Below are positions 1-11,620 of a DNA stretch of 17,346 nucleotides, in pieces. The notes below the pieces were generated by a model that did no database searches, had not been told where the DNA came from, and worked only from the letters and a program-made list of their open reading frames with translations. The DNA is from Terrimicrobiaceae bacterium (GTDB taxonomy: Bacteria; Verrucomicrobiota; Verrucomicrobiia; Chthoniobacterales; Terrimicrobiaceae). Location of the stretch: contig JBIIPZ010000050.1 in NCBI GenBank assembly GCA_044342325.1, positions 1-17,346 on the forward strand. Direction: 5' to 3'. The translations under genes were made by a program, and so were the position numbers. Within the stretch, counting starts at the first letter, position 1. Each line of letters starts with the position of its first letter.

Positions 1-338
1 CTATTCGATTTGCCCATAAATACGACAGTTATTTCTGAGTGCTTCCTAAGGAAAACTTCCACCACGAGCAGAGTTTTTCCCTCCACGGTGATCATTTCAA
101 TACTCGGCACCAGGCGCGGCGAGATTGAGTCCGCGATGAGGTTTGACAGGCGTTCCTCTTCATCGAGCGGATTCTCTACTCCTATGATCTTCCGGTCATC
201 GGCCACCCCGAGGATCAAATGACCACCGGCAGAATTGGCAAATGCCACGAGCGTCCGCAGAACCGAACGCGGTGATGACAAGTCGCGCTTGAACTCCAGC
301 GTTTTGCTTTCCGGATTGTTGATGAGATTGGAGATCAT
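1..338 (-). CDS. AlbA_2/Schlafen-like DNA-binding domain protein, N-terminal part; runs off the window and may be interrupted near position 50
   Basis: Not in the ORF track. Manual translation from ATG at 338 gives MISNLINNPESKTLEFKRDLSSPRSVLRTLVAFANSAGGHLILGVADDRKIIGV..., with the ESxxLEFK and AFANxxGGxLxxGVxD motifs. No stop codon before the window edge. Confidence 0.85.
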   Translation of the reverse strand, partial: MISNLINNPESKTLEFKRDLSSPRSVLRTLVAFANSAGGHLILGVADDRKIIGVENPLDEEERLSNLIADSISPRLVPSIEMITVEGKTLLVVEVFLRKHSEITVVFMGKSN

Positions 339-493
339 TGAGCAGAATAAAAATACAGTTCGCGGATAGTTGCCAGCGGCTGTTGTTTCGGAAGAAATTT
401 TGTTATGAGAGCCGAGTTGAGCGTCTTGGATTTTTCAAGCGACCGACCGGTTCCAAGTGGCGAAGGACTCTCGCTGTGGCGGAGGCCTATAAG

Positions 494-1897
494 TCAGGTT
501 TTGCGGACTTGGGATTTCACCTCGCCGTCGTGGAATCTCGTGGTGAGTTCTTTGGACTTCATCGCGTCTTTTGCGGAGCGGAGGATTTGTCCGTTTTCAT
601 CCATGGTGATGGTGTAGCCGCGAGCCAGGGCGGCGGAGGGGTTCAGGGCGCGGAGGACGGCTGCGTTTCGGGCGAGAGTCGATTTTTCGTGCTGCAACTG
701 GGAGTCGGTGCGGCGCTCGAGGGTGTCGCGGTATGTGGAGAGTCGGCGGGAAAGGTCGGAGATTTTTACATCCGGACTATGCCCTGCAAGGATGCGGGCT
801 TGGCGCTCAAGGAGAAGCCGAAGCTGGTGTGGAGCGGATTCTGCGATGGATTGCAGGTCCTCGAGGAGGCGGTCGAGTGTTTGTTGTCTCTCCTGGAGTA
901 TGCGGCGCGGTTCGAGGAAAAGCGCGGTTCTCTGCAGGGCGACGAGCTGGTTGCTCAGTCCATCGAGGCGCATGAGAACAGGTCGTCCGAGTCGGGCGGC
1001 GAGGTGCTGGAGTTTGTCGAGCAGTTCGGCGGAATCGGCTGAGAGGATTTCCGCTGCAGCGCTGGGAGTGGGGGCGCGGAAGTCGGCGGCGAAATCGCAG
1101 ATCGTGAAATCGATTTCGTGTCCAACGGCGCTTACGACCGGGACTGGGCTGGCTGCGACGGCTCGGGCTACGGATTCTTCATTGAATTCCCAGAGGTCTT
1201 CCAGGCTGCCGCCTCCACGCGTCACCACAATCACATCGAAGGGGGGCAGGCCGGAGGTGGATGGATCACCAAGTAAGCGGATGGCCTCGGCGATCTCGGT
1301 GGCGGCACCTTTTCCCTGAACGCGCACGGGACAGATGACGACTTCGATGCCTCGCTGGCGGCGGTGAAGGACATTCAAGAAATCCTGAATGGCAGCGCCG
1401 GTGGGTGAGGTCACCACGCCGATGCGGCGGGGGAACTTCGGCAGTGGGCGTTTTTTCGTGGAGTCGAAGAGGCCCTCGGTATCGAGTCGGCGCTTGAGTT
1501 CCTCGAATTTCGCCTGGAGGGCGCCGATTCCGCGTTCTTGGATGCGGCGGACGATGATTTGGTAGTTTCCGCGCGGTTCGTAAACGGTGAGGGAGCCTTG
1601 GAGTTGAACCTGCACGCCGTCCGCGAAGTTCATGCCTCGCAGTTGGGCGGTTTGGCCGGCGAAAAGCACGCAGGCGATTTGCGATCCGGCGTCCTTCAGC
1701 GTGAAGTAGGCGTGGCCTGAACTTTGGCGCCGGAGATTGGAGACTTCTCCTTCGACCCAAACTTCACCGATGCAGTCCTCTAGGAGTCCGCGGACTTTGC
1801 GGGTGAGGGCGCTGACGGTGAGAATAGCCGGTTCGGCTGGCTTCTGGGCCGGCTTGGGTTTTGAAACGGTGCCTTTCAGGTCGAAGTCGAGTTGCAT
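494..1897 (-). CDS. xseA: Exodeoxyribonuclease VII large subunit
   Basis: 467 aa. OB-fold motifs (VWVEGEVSN, SGHAYFTLKD) and catalytic-domain motifs (VVTSPTGAAIQD, RGGGSLEDLWEFN, SAVGHEIDFT, APTPSAAAE). C-terminal LNPxxxLARGY. Confidence 0.97.
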   Translation of the reverse strand: MQLDFDLKGTVSKPKPAQKPAEPAILTVSALTRKVRGLLEDCIGEVWVEGEVSNLRRQSSGHAYFTLKDAGSQIACVLFAGQTAQLRGMNFADGVQVQLQGSLTVYEPRGNYQIIVRRIQERGIGALQAKFEELKRRLDTEGLFDSTKKRPLPKFPRRIGVVTSPTGAAIQDFLNVLHRRQRGIEVVICPVRVQGKGAATEIAEAIRLLGDPSTSGLPPFDVIVVTRGGGSLEDLWEFNEESVARAVAASPVPVVSAVGHEIDFTICDFAADFRAPTPSAAAEILSADSAELLDKLQHLAARLGRPVLMRLDGLSNQLVALQRTALFLEPRRILQERQQTLDRLLEDLQSIAESAPHQLRLLLERQARILAGHSPDVKISDLSRRLSTYRDTLERRTDSQLQHEKSTLARNAAVLRALNPSAALARGYTITMDENGQILRSAKDAMKSKELTTRFHDGEVKSQVRKT

Positions 1898-3387
1898 GGC
1901 GTGTTGTTGAGTGAGGAGGTGATGCGTTCGGCGAGAGCGGGGCTGATTCCGGAGACTTTTGCGATGTCCTCAGGCGAGACGGATTTGAGGCGTTCCACGG
2001 AGCCGAATTTTTCGAGCAGGGCCCGCTTGCGGTTCGCGCTGACGCCGGGAATGGCATCAAGCAGGCTTTCCCGGACGCGTTTTTTCAGCAGGAGGCTGTG
2101 GTAGCCATTCGCCGTGCGGTGGGCTTCGTCGCGGATGCGCTGAAGCAGGCGCAAGGCGCCGCTGTCTTGGGGAAGGCGCATCGGAAGCGGGCGGCCGGGG
2201 CGGTGGATTTCCTCGAATTCTTTGGCCAGACCGATAATCGGCACATTTTGGAGGCCAAGGCGCTTGAGTTCCTCGCAGGCGCTGGAGAGTTGGCCGCGTC
2301 CGCCATCCACAATGATAAGGTCAGGGATGGCAGTGGCATTTGCATTTTCGGACTCGCGGAGAATGCGTCCGTAGCGTCGGCGCACGACTTCGGCCATGCT
2401 GGCGAAATCGTCCTGTTTGGTCAGTCCCTTGATGCGGTATGTGCGGTAGCCGGCGCGGTCGGGCACGCCATCACGGAAGCGGACCATCGAGGCCACGATG
2501 TGTGCGGAGGAGATGTTCGAAATGTCGAAGCACTCCATGACGCGGGGAGGGGAGGGGAGCGATAGTGCGGCTTGGAGCGCGGTGACATCCGCTTCGGGGT
2601 TGATCGTCGTCGGTAGCGACTTGCGGGTAAATCTTGTGGTCGGGCGGGTCGTTGTTTTGAGGTCCTCGAGGAGATTGCGGAGTTGCGCGGCTTTTTCAAA
2701 ATCCATCTTCTCGGCGGCGGCCTTCATTTCGGATTCGACCTGATCGAGCATTTCGCGGCCTTGGCCCTCGAGGAACTCACAGGCAGATTCCACACGGGCG
2801 AGGTAATCCTCGCGTGTGGTCTTGCCGATGCAGGGAGCGCTGCAGTTTTTGATGACATGGTTGAGGCAGTGTTTGTATTCCACCTCGCCTGGTTCGAGCG
2901 GACGGCAGGAGCGGATGCCGAACCGCTTGCGCATGGCCTCCAGGGTGCTGCGGAGGGCACCTGCATTGGCGAAGGGACCGAAATAGCGTGCTCCGTCTTC
3001 CTTGCGCATGCGGGTGAGTGCGAAGCGGGGCATCGGCTCGGAGAGGTGGACCCGGACGAGCAGGAAGCGTTTGTCGTCGCGGAAGCTGATGTTGTATTTT
3101 GGCCGGAATTCTTTGATGAGGCGTCCCTCGAAAAGCACGGCTTCGGCATCGCTGCGGACGATGTGGTATTCGAGGTTCCAAACGCTGTCGATCAGGGCGC
3201 GTGTTTTCAGGTCTGCCGAGAATTTGCGCGATGGCATGAAGTAGCTGCCTACTCGCTTGCGGAGGTCCTTCGCTTTGCCGACATAGATGACATGGTCCAA
3301 CCGGTCGCGCATCACATACACGCCGGGCTTGTGCGGCATGTCGCGGAGAATTTTCTGAAAATCCGCACGCGGCTTCTGGTTGCTCAT
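1876..3387 (-). CDS. uvrC: Excinuclease ABC subunit C (compact 503-aa form)
   Basis: GIY-YIG domain (PGVY...IYVGKAKDLRKRV), four-Cys region, UVR domain (MDFEKAAQLRN), RNase H-like domain (ECFDISN, IVDGGRGQ, RDEAHR) and C-terminal HhH. Overlaps the xseA start by 22 nt. Confidence 0.96.
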   Translation of the reverse strand: MSNQKPRADFQKILRDMPHKPGVYVMRDRLDHVIYVGKAKDLRKRVGSYFMPSRKFSADLKTRALIDSVWNLEYHIVRSDAEAVLFEGRLIKEFRPKYNISFRDDKRFLLVRVHLSEPMPRFALTRMRKEDGARYFGPFANAGALRSTLEAMRKRFGIRSCRPLEPGEVEYKHCLNHVIKNCSAPCIGKTTREDYLARVESACEFLEGQGREMLDQVESEMKAAAEKMDFEKAAQLRNLLEDLKTTTRPTTRFTRKSLPTTINPEADVTALQAALSLPSPPRVMECFDISNISSAHIVASMVRFRDGVPDRAGYRTYRIKGLTKQDDFASMAEVVRRRYGRILRESENANATAIPDLIIVDGGRGQLSSACEELKRLGLQNVPIIGLAKEFEEIHRPGRPLPMRLPQDSGALRLLQRIRDEAHRTANGYHSLLLKKRVRESLLDAIPGVSANRKRALLEKFGSVERLKSVSPEDIAKVSGISPALAERITSSLNNTPCNSTST

Positions 3388-3393
3388 GGTCTA

Positions 3394-3422
3394 ACGATGA
3401 GGCATGGCGGGGCTGGGTGCAA
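3394..3422 (-). promoter_or_regulatory. Putative sigma70 leaderless promoter for uvrC
   Basis: Minus strand TTGCAC (3422-3417), 17 nt spacer, CATCGT (3399-3394), 6 nt, then ATG (3387). No Shine-Dalgarno. The -10 is a weak match. Confidence 0.4.
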
Positions 3423-3427
3423 GAGAG

Positions 3428-5362
3428 CTACAGGCAGACATCCAGATACTCGAGCACCTTGGAAAAGGGGACGGCTTCCAGCCTGCCGAAGGCATCATGC
3501 CGCGTGAGGCGGTCGCGCGTCACGGCAGGGCTCGAAATGCCGCAGAGGAAGCGTGCGAGTTGGCGCTTCGCGCGCAAGGCGGCGTGGCCCTCGGCGCGGA
3601 GGGTGGTGATGGCTTCGACATCGTCTTGGTTGAGGTCTGCGTCATTTCCTTTGGAAAGTTGGGTAGCTTTTTCTCCTCGGCATCGGCCGCAGTGTCCGCA
3701 GTCGGAGTCGCTTTTTTCTCCAAAGTATTCAAGGAGGCGTCGGACGGAACAGCCGGGGGCGGTGGCAAACTCGACGATGCCATCCAAGCGCCTGAGGTCT
3801 TGTTTTTCCCGCGAGGTGAAAAGGCCGTGCAGCCAGGTGGCAATCTCGCGGGGATTTCGTTCCTTGGCTCCCGCTAGCAGGCGAAACTTGTGGCGCAGGC
3901 CGGAGGGTTTGATTTCGATATCACCCGCCTCTTCCAGATAGCTCAGAGCTTTGAGAATGCGGTCGCGGGATTCTCCGATTTTTTCGGCGGCGGCATCTGG
4001 TTCGATGGTGAGGAGGCGCGTGCCGCGTTTTCCGGAGGCGAAGAGGCTTTTCAGGAATTTCTGCCTCTCTGGCGTGTGTCCAGCGATGACGCGGTCTTCG
4101 TGATGTCGGAAGGCGATTTGCAGGGTTGCGTAAAAGAGCCCGGCCGGTTCGAGGATTTTGTCTTTTTCGAGATAGGTGATGACTGTCTCCAAGACGAGAG
4201 GCCGGATATCCGTGGTTCGGGAAATGTCGTAGCGGCTGATGTCGAATTCATCGCCTTGGCGGAGGAGGTGGTCCACGAGATGGCGCAGGGCCTGCTCTTC
4301 CGGAGTGTCGCCGAGGATGAAGTTTTGGAGGACGGTGAGGTCGTCGGCGCAGGCGAGCATCTCGCAATGCGAGTCTTTGCCGTCACGGCCCGCGCGACCG
4401 ATTTCTTGTTGGTAGTTCTCGAGGGTCTTGGGGAGGTTGAAATGGAACACCGAACGGATATCCGCTTTGTCGATACCCATACCGAAGGCAATCGTCGCCA
4501 CGATGACATCGCAGCGGCCCTGCATGAAGTCATCCTGGGCTGTGGCGCGGACATCATTTGCTAGTCCGGCATGGTAGGCTCTTGCGCGTATGCCTGCCCG
4601 CTGGAGACTGCCTGCGACGCTCTCTGCCGTATGCTGGAGGGTGACATAAACAATCGAGGGAAATGGATTTTTGGTCTTCAGTCGCTCGATCAATAAATCC
4701 AAGCGCTTGTCCGCTGCAACCGGCGTGATGTGCAGGCCCAGATTGGGTCGGTGGAAGGAGGTCTGCACATGGTCTCCCTTGGCGATACGGAAGGCTTCGC
4801 GGATTTCCTTCGACACGGCAGGCGTTGCCGTGGCCGTGAGTGCTAGAACACGCGGGATGCGGAATTTTTTCGCCAGAGCGGCCAGACGCAGATACTCGGG
4901 ACGGAAATTGTGCCCCCATTCGGAAATACAGTGGGCTTCATCGATGGCGAGCATGCTGATGTTCGCCCGCTTGATCTTTGCGACGAAGGTCTCGCTGACA
5001 AAACGCTCGGGAGCGACATAGAGAAGCTTGAGTTTTCCGGATGCGAGTCCTTCGTAAATGGAAGCCGTTTCCGCTGGAGTCAGCGTGGAATCAAGGCGGG
5101 CTGCGGCAATCCCGCGTTTTTGCAGCACATCGACCTGGTCTTTCATGAGTGCGATCAGCGGCGAGACGACCAAGGTGACCCCATCCATGAGAATCGCTGG
5201 CAGTTGGTAGCACAGCGATTTTCCGCCACCGGTTGGAAAAACGGCCAGTGCCGAACGCCTCGCAAGGAGGGTTTCTACGACCTGCCTCTGGCCCTGCCTG
5301 AAATGAGCATGGCCGAAGTGCTTGAGGAGTTCGGCGTCGAGGTCGTGGTGTGGAGGTTCCAT
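3428..5362 (-). CDS. recQ: RecQ-family ATP-dependent DNA helicase without a recognisable HRDC domain
   Basis: Motifs FPTGGGKSLCYQLP, IDEAHCISEWGHNFRPEY, ATIAFGMGIDK, QEIGRAGRDG and Zn site C...YFGE...CGHCGRC. Start placed at ATG 5362 because the longer 5461 start runs through the gyrA terminator. Confidence 0.92.
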   Translation of the reverse strand: MEPPHHDLDAELLKHFGHAHFRQGQRQVVETLLARRSALAVFPTGGGKSLCYQLPAILMDGVTLVVSPLIALMKDQVDVLQKRGIAAARLDSTLTPAETASIYEGLASGKLKLLYVAPERFVSETFVAKIKRANISMLAIDEAHCISEWGHNFRPEYLRLAALAKKFRIPRVLALTATATPAVSKEIREAFRIAKGDHVQTSFHRPNLGLHITPVAADKRLDLLIERLKTKNPFPSIVYVTLQHTAESVAGSLQRAGIRARAYHAGLANDVRATAQDDFMQGRCDVIVATIAFGMGIDKADIRSVFHFNLPKTLENYQQEIGRAGRDGKDSHCEMLACADDLTVLQNFILGDTPEEQALRHLVDHLLRQGDEFDISRYDISRTTDIRPLVLETVITYLEKDKILEPAGLFYATLQIAFRHHEDRVIAGHTPERQKFLKSLFASGKRGTRLLTIEPDAAAEKIGESRDRILKALSYLEEAGDIEIKPSGLRHKFRLLAGAKERNPREIATWLHGLFTSREKQDLRRLDGIVEFATAPGCSVRRLLEYFGEKSDSDCGHCGRCRGEKATQLSKGNDADLNQDDVEAITTLRAEGHAALRAKRQLARFLCGISSPAVTRDRLTRHDAFGRLEAVPFSKVLEYLDVCL

Positions 5363-5415
5363 TTTGCGGGCACAATAGAGCGCAGTGGGAACGCTTCGGC
5401 AATCTTGGGTGAGAC

Positions 5416-5450
5416 AAAAAAAGAGGGATTCGACGGGCGAATCCCTCTTT
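5416..5450 (-). terminator. Rho-independent terminator downstream of gyrA
   Basis: Perfect stem GAGGGATTCG (5423-5432) / CGAATCCCTC (5438-5447) with a 5-nt loop, followed on the minus strand by T7 (A run at 5416-5422). Confidence 0.9.
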
Positions 5451-5476
5451 GGGCAAATCAAGCTGAAGCGTTGATT

Positions 5477-8044
5477 TTATGATGCGGCTTCGGACGCGGG
5501 CTCCTCGTCGTCCTTGTCGCTGACGACCGGGGCGATGCCTTGGAGGACTTCGCCTGCGCGGAGGTCGATGAGTTTCACGCCTTGGGCATTGCGGCCGGTT
5601 TCGCGGATTTCTTTGATGCGGGTGCGGACCATTTTGCCTTTGTTGGTGATGAGCATCAGCTCGTCTTCGTCGCGGACGGTGAGGGCTCCGGCGACTCCAC
5701 CGGTTTTATCGGTGGTTTTCATGGTGATGATGCCTTTTCCGCCGCGACCTTGGAGGCGGTATTCCTCGAAACTCGTGCGCTTACCGAGGCCGTTTTCACC
5801 AGCTACGAGAAGTTGGCAATCCTTGTTTACGATAGCGGTGCCGACGATGTAGTCGCCTTTATCTGGGCGGATGCCCCAGACGCCGACGGTGTTGCGGCCT
5901 TGGTCGCGGAGTTCCTCTTCGGTGAAGCGGATGCTCATGCCTTCGTGGGTGATGAGGACGATTTCGTCGTGGCCAGTTGTGAGCTTGCAGTCGATGAGGC
6001 GGTCGCCTTCCTCGATCTGGATGGCGATGATGCCGCCTTTGCGGATGTTTTTAAAATCGTTGAGGTTCGATTTTTTCACAATACCGCTGCGTGTGGCGAA
6101 GAGGACATGGAGATTTTCGTTCCAGGTTTCCTCGTCGGTTTTCTGACCTTGAACTCGGATGGTGGCTGCAATTTTTTCGTCTTGTTTGAGTTCAAGAAGG
6201 TTTGCGATCGAACGGCCTTTGCTGGCGCGGGAGCCTTCAGGAATCTCAAATACACGCTCGACATAGCAGCGGCCGCTCTCGGTGAAGAACATGAGATAGT
6301 CGTGTGTGGTGGCCGTGAAGAGATATTCCACGAAGTCGCTGTCCTCCTCCTTCTCGGCCTCGCGGGCAACCATTCCAATGACGCCTTTGCCGCCGCGTTT
6401 CTGGGCGCGGAAGGAACTGACGAGCGTGCGCTTGATGAAGCCGTTGTGCGTGAGAGTGACGATGACGCCTTCGTTTGCGATGAGGTCTTCTATGGCCATC
6501 TCACCTTCTGCGGGCACGATTTGGGTGCGGCGAGGGGTGCCGTATTTGAGTTGGAGTGCGCGGAGTTCGTCTTTGATGATTGTGAGAACGCGCTTTTCCT
6601 TGGCGAGGATATCGAGCAGGTCTTTGATCGTCGCCACCAGTTCATCATATTCTTGCTTGATGGTGTCGCGCTCGAGGCTGGTGAGTTGGTAGAGGCGCAG
6701 ATCGAGAATGTGGCCGACCTGTTTTTCCGAAAAGCTGTATTTGCCGTCAACGATCCGGGCTTCGCTACGAATGAGGACGCCGAGGCCTTCGACGGTCTTT
6801 CTCGTCCAAGACAACGCAAGGAGCTTGGCTTTGGCATCATCACGGTCGCGGGAGTCGCGGATGATTTTAATGAAGTCGTCGATGTGAGCGAGGGCTATGA
6901 GATAGCCTTCGAGCTTTTCTGCTTCGATCTCGGCGGCATCGAGTAGGAAGCGGGTGCGGCGGAGGATGACCTCGCGGCGGTGCTCGATATAGCTGGTGAT
7001 CGCGTCTTTGAGCGAAAGGAGCTTTGGCTTGCCGTGATCGATGGCAAGCATGTTTGTGCTGAAAGAGGACTCCAGAGCGGTGTGCTTGTAGAGGTTGTTG
7101 ATGATGACCTTGGGATTGCCGTCGCGCTTGAGGTCGATGACCACGCGGGTATCTTCGGCGCTCTCATCGCGCACATCGCTGATACCGGTGAGGACTTTTT
7201 CATTCGTGAGGTCCGCGATGCGCTTCACGAGTTCTGCGCGGTTCACATTGTAGGGGATTTCGGTGATGACGATTTGCTCGCGTCCGCCCTTGACCTCTGC
7301 GACCCCCACGCGTCCGCGCACACGCACGGAGCCTCGACCAGTCTCGAAATATGAACGAATGCCTGTGGTGCCTTGGAGGATACAACCGGTCGGAAAATCC
7401 GGGCCTTTGATGTGCTCCATAAGACCCTCAATGGTGATATCTGGATTCTCGATCTGGGCGCAGATGCCGTCGATGCATTCACTGAGATTGTGGGGCGGGA
7501 TGTTTGTCGCCATACCCACGGCGATGCCTGTGCCGCCATTGACGAGGAGGTTGGGGAAGGCGGCTGGGAAAACAGTCGGTTCCTCGCGGGTCTCGTCGTA
7601 GTTCGGCCTGAAATCGACGGTGCCCTTGTCCATGTCGTGCATGAGTGCGGCTCCAAGATGCTGGAGACGGGCCTCGGTGTAACGCATGGACGCTGGTGGA
7701 TCGCCTTCCACGGAACCGAAGTTCCCTTGGCCGTCAACGAGCATCTCCCGCATGGCCCAAGGTTGGGCCATGTGAACGAGTGTGGGGTAAATCGCCTGGT
7801 CGCCGTGCGGGTGGTAGTTGCCCATCGTTTCGCCGACGATTTTGGCGCACTTCAGATGCTTGCGGTTGGGCTGAACGCCGAGCTCGTTCATCGCAAAAAG
7901 AATGCGGCGCTGCGAGGGTTTAAGACCGTCGCGGGCGTCTGGCAGTGCGCGGGAGATGATGACGGACATCGAGTAGTCGAGAAACGACTTCGACATTTCA
8001 TCGGCGACATTCACGAGTTCGACTTTTTCGTTTTGGGTATACAT
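5477..8044 (-). CDS. gyrA: DNA gyrase subunit A
   Basis: 855 aa. RALPDARDGLKP, YHPHGD and catalytic MRY122TE. The GyrA-box QKRGGKG distinguishes it from ParC. C-terminal pinwheel repeats and an acidic tail. Confidence 0.98.
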   Translation of the reverse strand: MYTQNEKVELVNVADEMSKSFLDYSMSVIISRALPDARDGLKPSQRRILFAMNELGVQPNRKHLKCAKIVGETMGNYHPHGDQAIYPTLVHMAQPWAMREMLVDGQGNFGSVEGDPPASMRYTEARLQHLGAALMHDMDKGTVDFRPNYDETREEPTVFPAAFPNLLVNGGTGIAVGMATNIPPHNLSECIDGICAQIENPDITIEGLMEHIKGPDFPTGCILQGTTGIRSYFETGRGSVRVRGRVGVAEVKGGREQIVITEIPYNVNRAELVKRIADLTNEKVLTGISDVRDESAEDTRVVIDLKRDGNPKVIINNLYKHTALESSFSTNMLAIDHGKPKLLSLKDAITSYIEHRREVILRRTRFLLDAAEIEAEKLEGYLIALAHIDDFIKIIRDSRDRDDAKAKLLALSWTRKTVEGLGVLIRSEARIVDGKYSFSEKQVGHILDLRLYQLTSLERDTIKQEYDELVATIKDLLDILAKEKRVLTIIKDELRALQLKYGTPRRTQIVPAEGEMAIEDLIANEGVIVTLTHNGFIKRTLVSSFRAQKRGGKGVIGMVAREAEKEEDSDFVEYLFTATTHDYLMFFTESGRCYVERVFEIPEGSRASKGRSIANLLELKQDEKIAATIRVQGQKTDEETWNENLHVLFATRSGIVKKSNLNDFKNIRKGGIIAIQIEEGDRLIDCKLTTGHDEIVLITHEGMSIRFTEEELRDQGRNTVGVWGIRPDKGDYIVGTAIVNKDCQLLVAGENGLGKRTSFEEYRLQGRGGKGIITMKTTDKTGGVAGALTVRDEDELMLITNKGKMVRTRIKEIRETGRNAQGVKLIDLRAGEVLQGIAPVVSDKDDEEPASEAAS

Positions 8045-8047
8045 GGA

Positions 8048-8482
8048 TTAAATGGGTATTGTTTCGGGAAAGAGTGGGATCTGGAGCTTCTTGGCGGCGG
8101 AACGAATGCGGGAGTCGGTGGCGCAGAGGGGAAGGTCTTGGGAAATATCACACGCTGCGATATGGATGGCATCCAGAGTGCGGAGAGACACTTCGGGGTG
8201 GCAAAACTCGATCAGCGATCTCGCCTTGGAATACACAGGCGAATCCAACGGAAGGATGAGAATCTGTTCGGCATCGATTTTTTTATGAAAAACCTCTCGC
8301 GCAGCAAGGCGTTGCTTTTCGCTGATGGATTTGGTCCGGACTTTTGAGAGGAGGGCGGATGCCACTTCCACAAGAGAAAGTTCAGACGTGGTGAGCACAA
8401 TATTCTCGAGAGCATCTTGGAAGAAATCGCTGAGTTCCTCCTTGACGAGCAGTTTCACGATGATTGCGCTGTCTAAATACAT
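8048..8482 (-). CDS. vapC: PIN-domain (VapC-type) toxin
   Basis: 144 aa from ATG 8482. All four acidic active-site positions are present: YLDSAII, SLVEVASAL, LRTLDAIHIA, ATDSRI. TAATG overlap with the antitoxin stop codon. Confidence 0.9.
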   Translation of the reverse strand: MYLDSAIIVKLLVKEELSDFFQDALENIVLTTSELSLVEVASALLSKVRTKSISEKQRLAAREVFHKKIDAEQILILPLDSPVYSKARSLIEFCHPEVSLRTLDAIHIAACDISQDLPLCATDSRIRSAAKKLQIPLFPETIPI

Positions 8483-8814
8483 TACCAACCTCTGGAATCG
8501 CGATCTTCGCGGATGATTTCCTCTGCCGTGGGGCCGCCTTGCCACGGTGGCATTTCTGCGAGGTGCTCTCGTGTTCCAGTGAAAGGTTTGCCACGCTTCT
8601 TGTTCGAGGTCGCGAGAAGCAAGGCCTTTGGTTTTCCGCCGCTTGTTATGGTAACCTCTCGACCTTTGGCTACAAAATCCAGAAGCGCGGAAAGATGGGT
8701 CTTTGCGGAGCGAACGCTAATGGTCGCTCCAATACCGGGCATCTGAGCAATTTCTTGTAAAAACATCTCAGGCTCGTTTGTGTGGCTCTCCAAGATATTG
8801 GCGGAAGTTTTCAT
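8482..8814 (-). CDS. Phd/YefM-family antitoxin, cognate of the PIN toxin
   Basis: 110 aa from ATG 8814. Phd/YefM signature ISVRSAKTHLSALLDFVAKGREVTITSGGKPKALL and C-terminal AEEIIREDRD. About 28 extra N-terminal residues; an alternative start lies at 8742. Confidence 0.88.
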   Translation of the reverse strand: MKTSANILESHTNEPEMFLQEIAQMPGIGATISVRSAKTHLSALLDFVAKGREVTITSGGKPKALLLATSNKKRGKPFTGTREHLAEMPPWQGGPTAEEIIREDRDSRGW

Positions 8815-8819
8815 GTCGA

Positions 8820-11458
<2,639 letters not shown>

Positions 11459-11620
11459 TTATGTCACCTAAGTAGGTAGTGAGACTCCCCATGTCATTAC
11501 CTCAAGGCACCAACTCGGAGCAATGTTTTTTCCGCAATATTCTGGCGTTTCCCACTGGATAGTGGGATGAGTCCTCCTTCTCTCCACAAGATGTTGGGTA
11601 AAATCTGTTCCCTGAAAAAA

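Noticed and set aside
5363..5461. N-terminal extension of RecQ in the ORF track
   Set aside because: It runs through the gyrA terminator hairpin; ATG 5362 fits the family start better.
3388..5476. LexA/SOS box upstream of uvrC or recQ
   Set aside because: No TGTTC-N4-GAACA, CTGT-N8-ACAG or GAAC-N4-GTTC site was seen by eye in either intergenic region.
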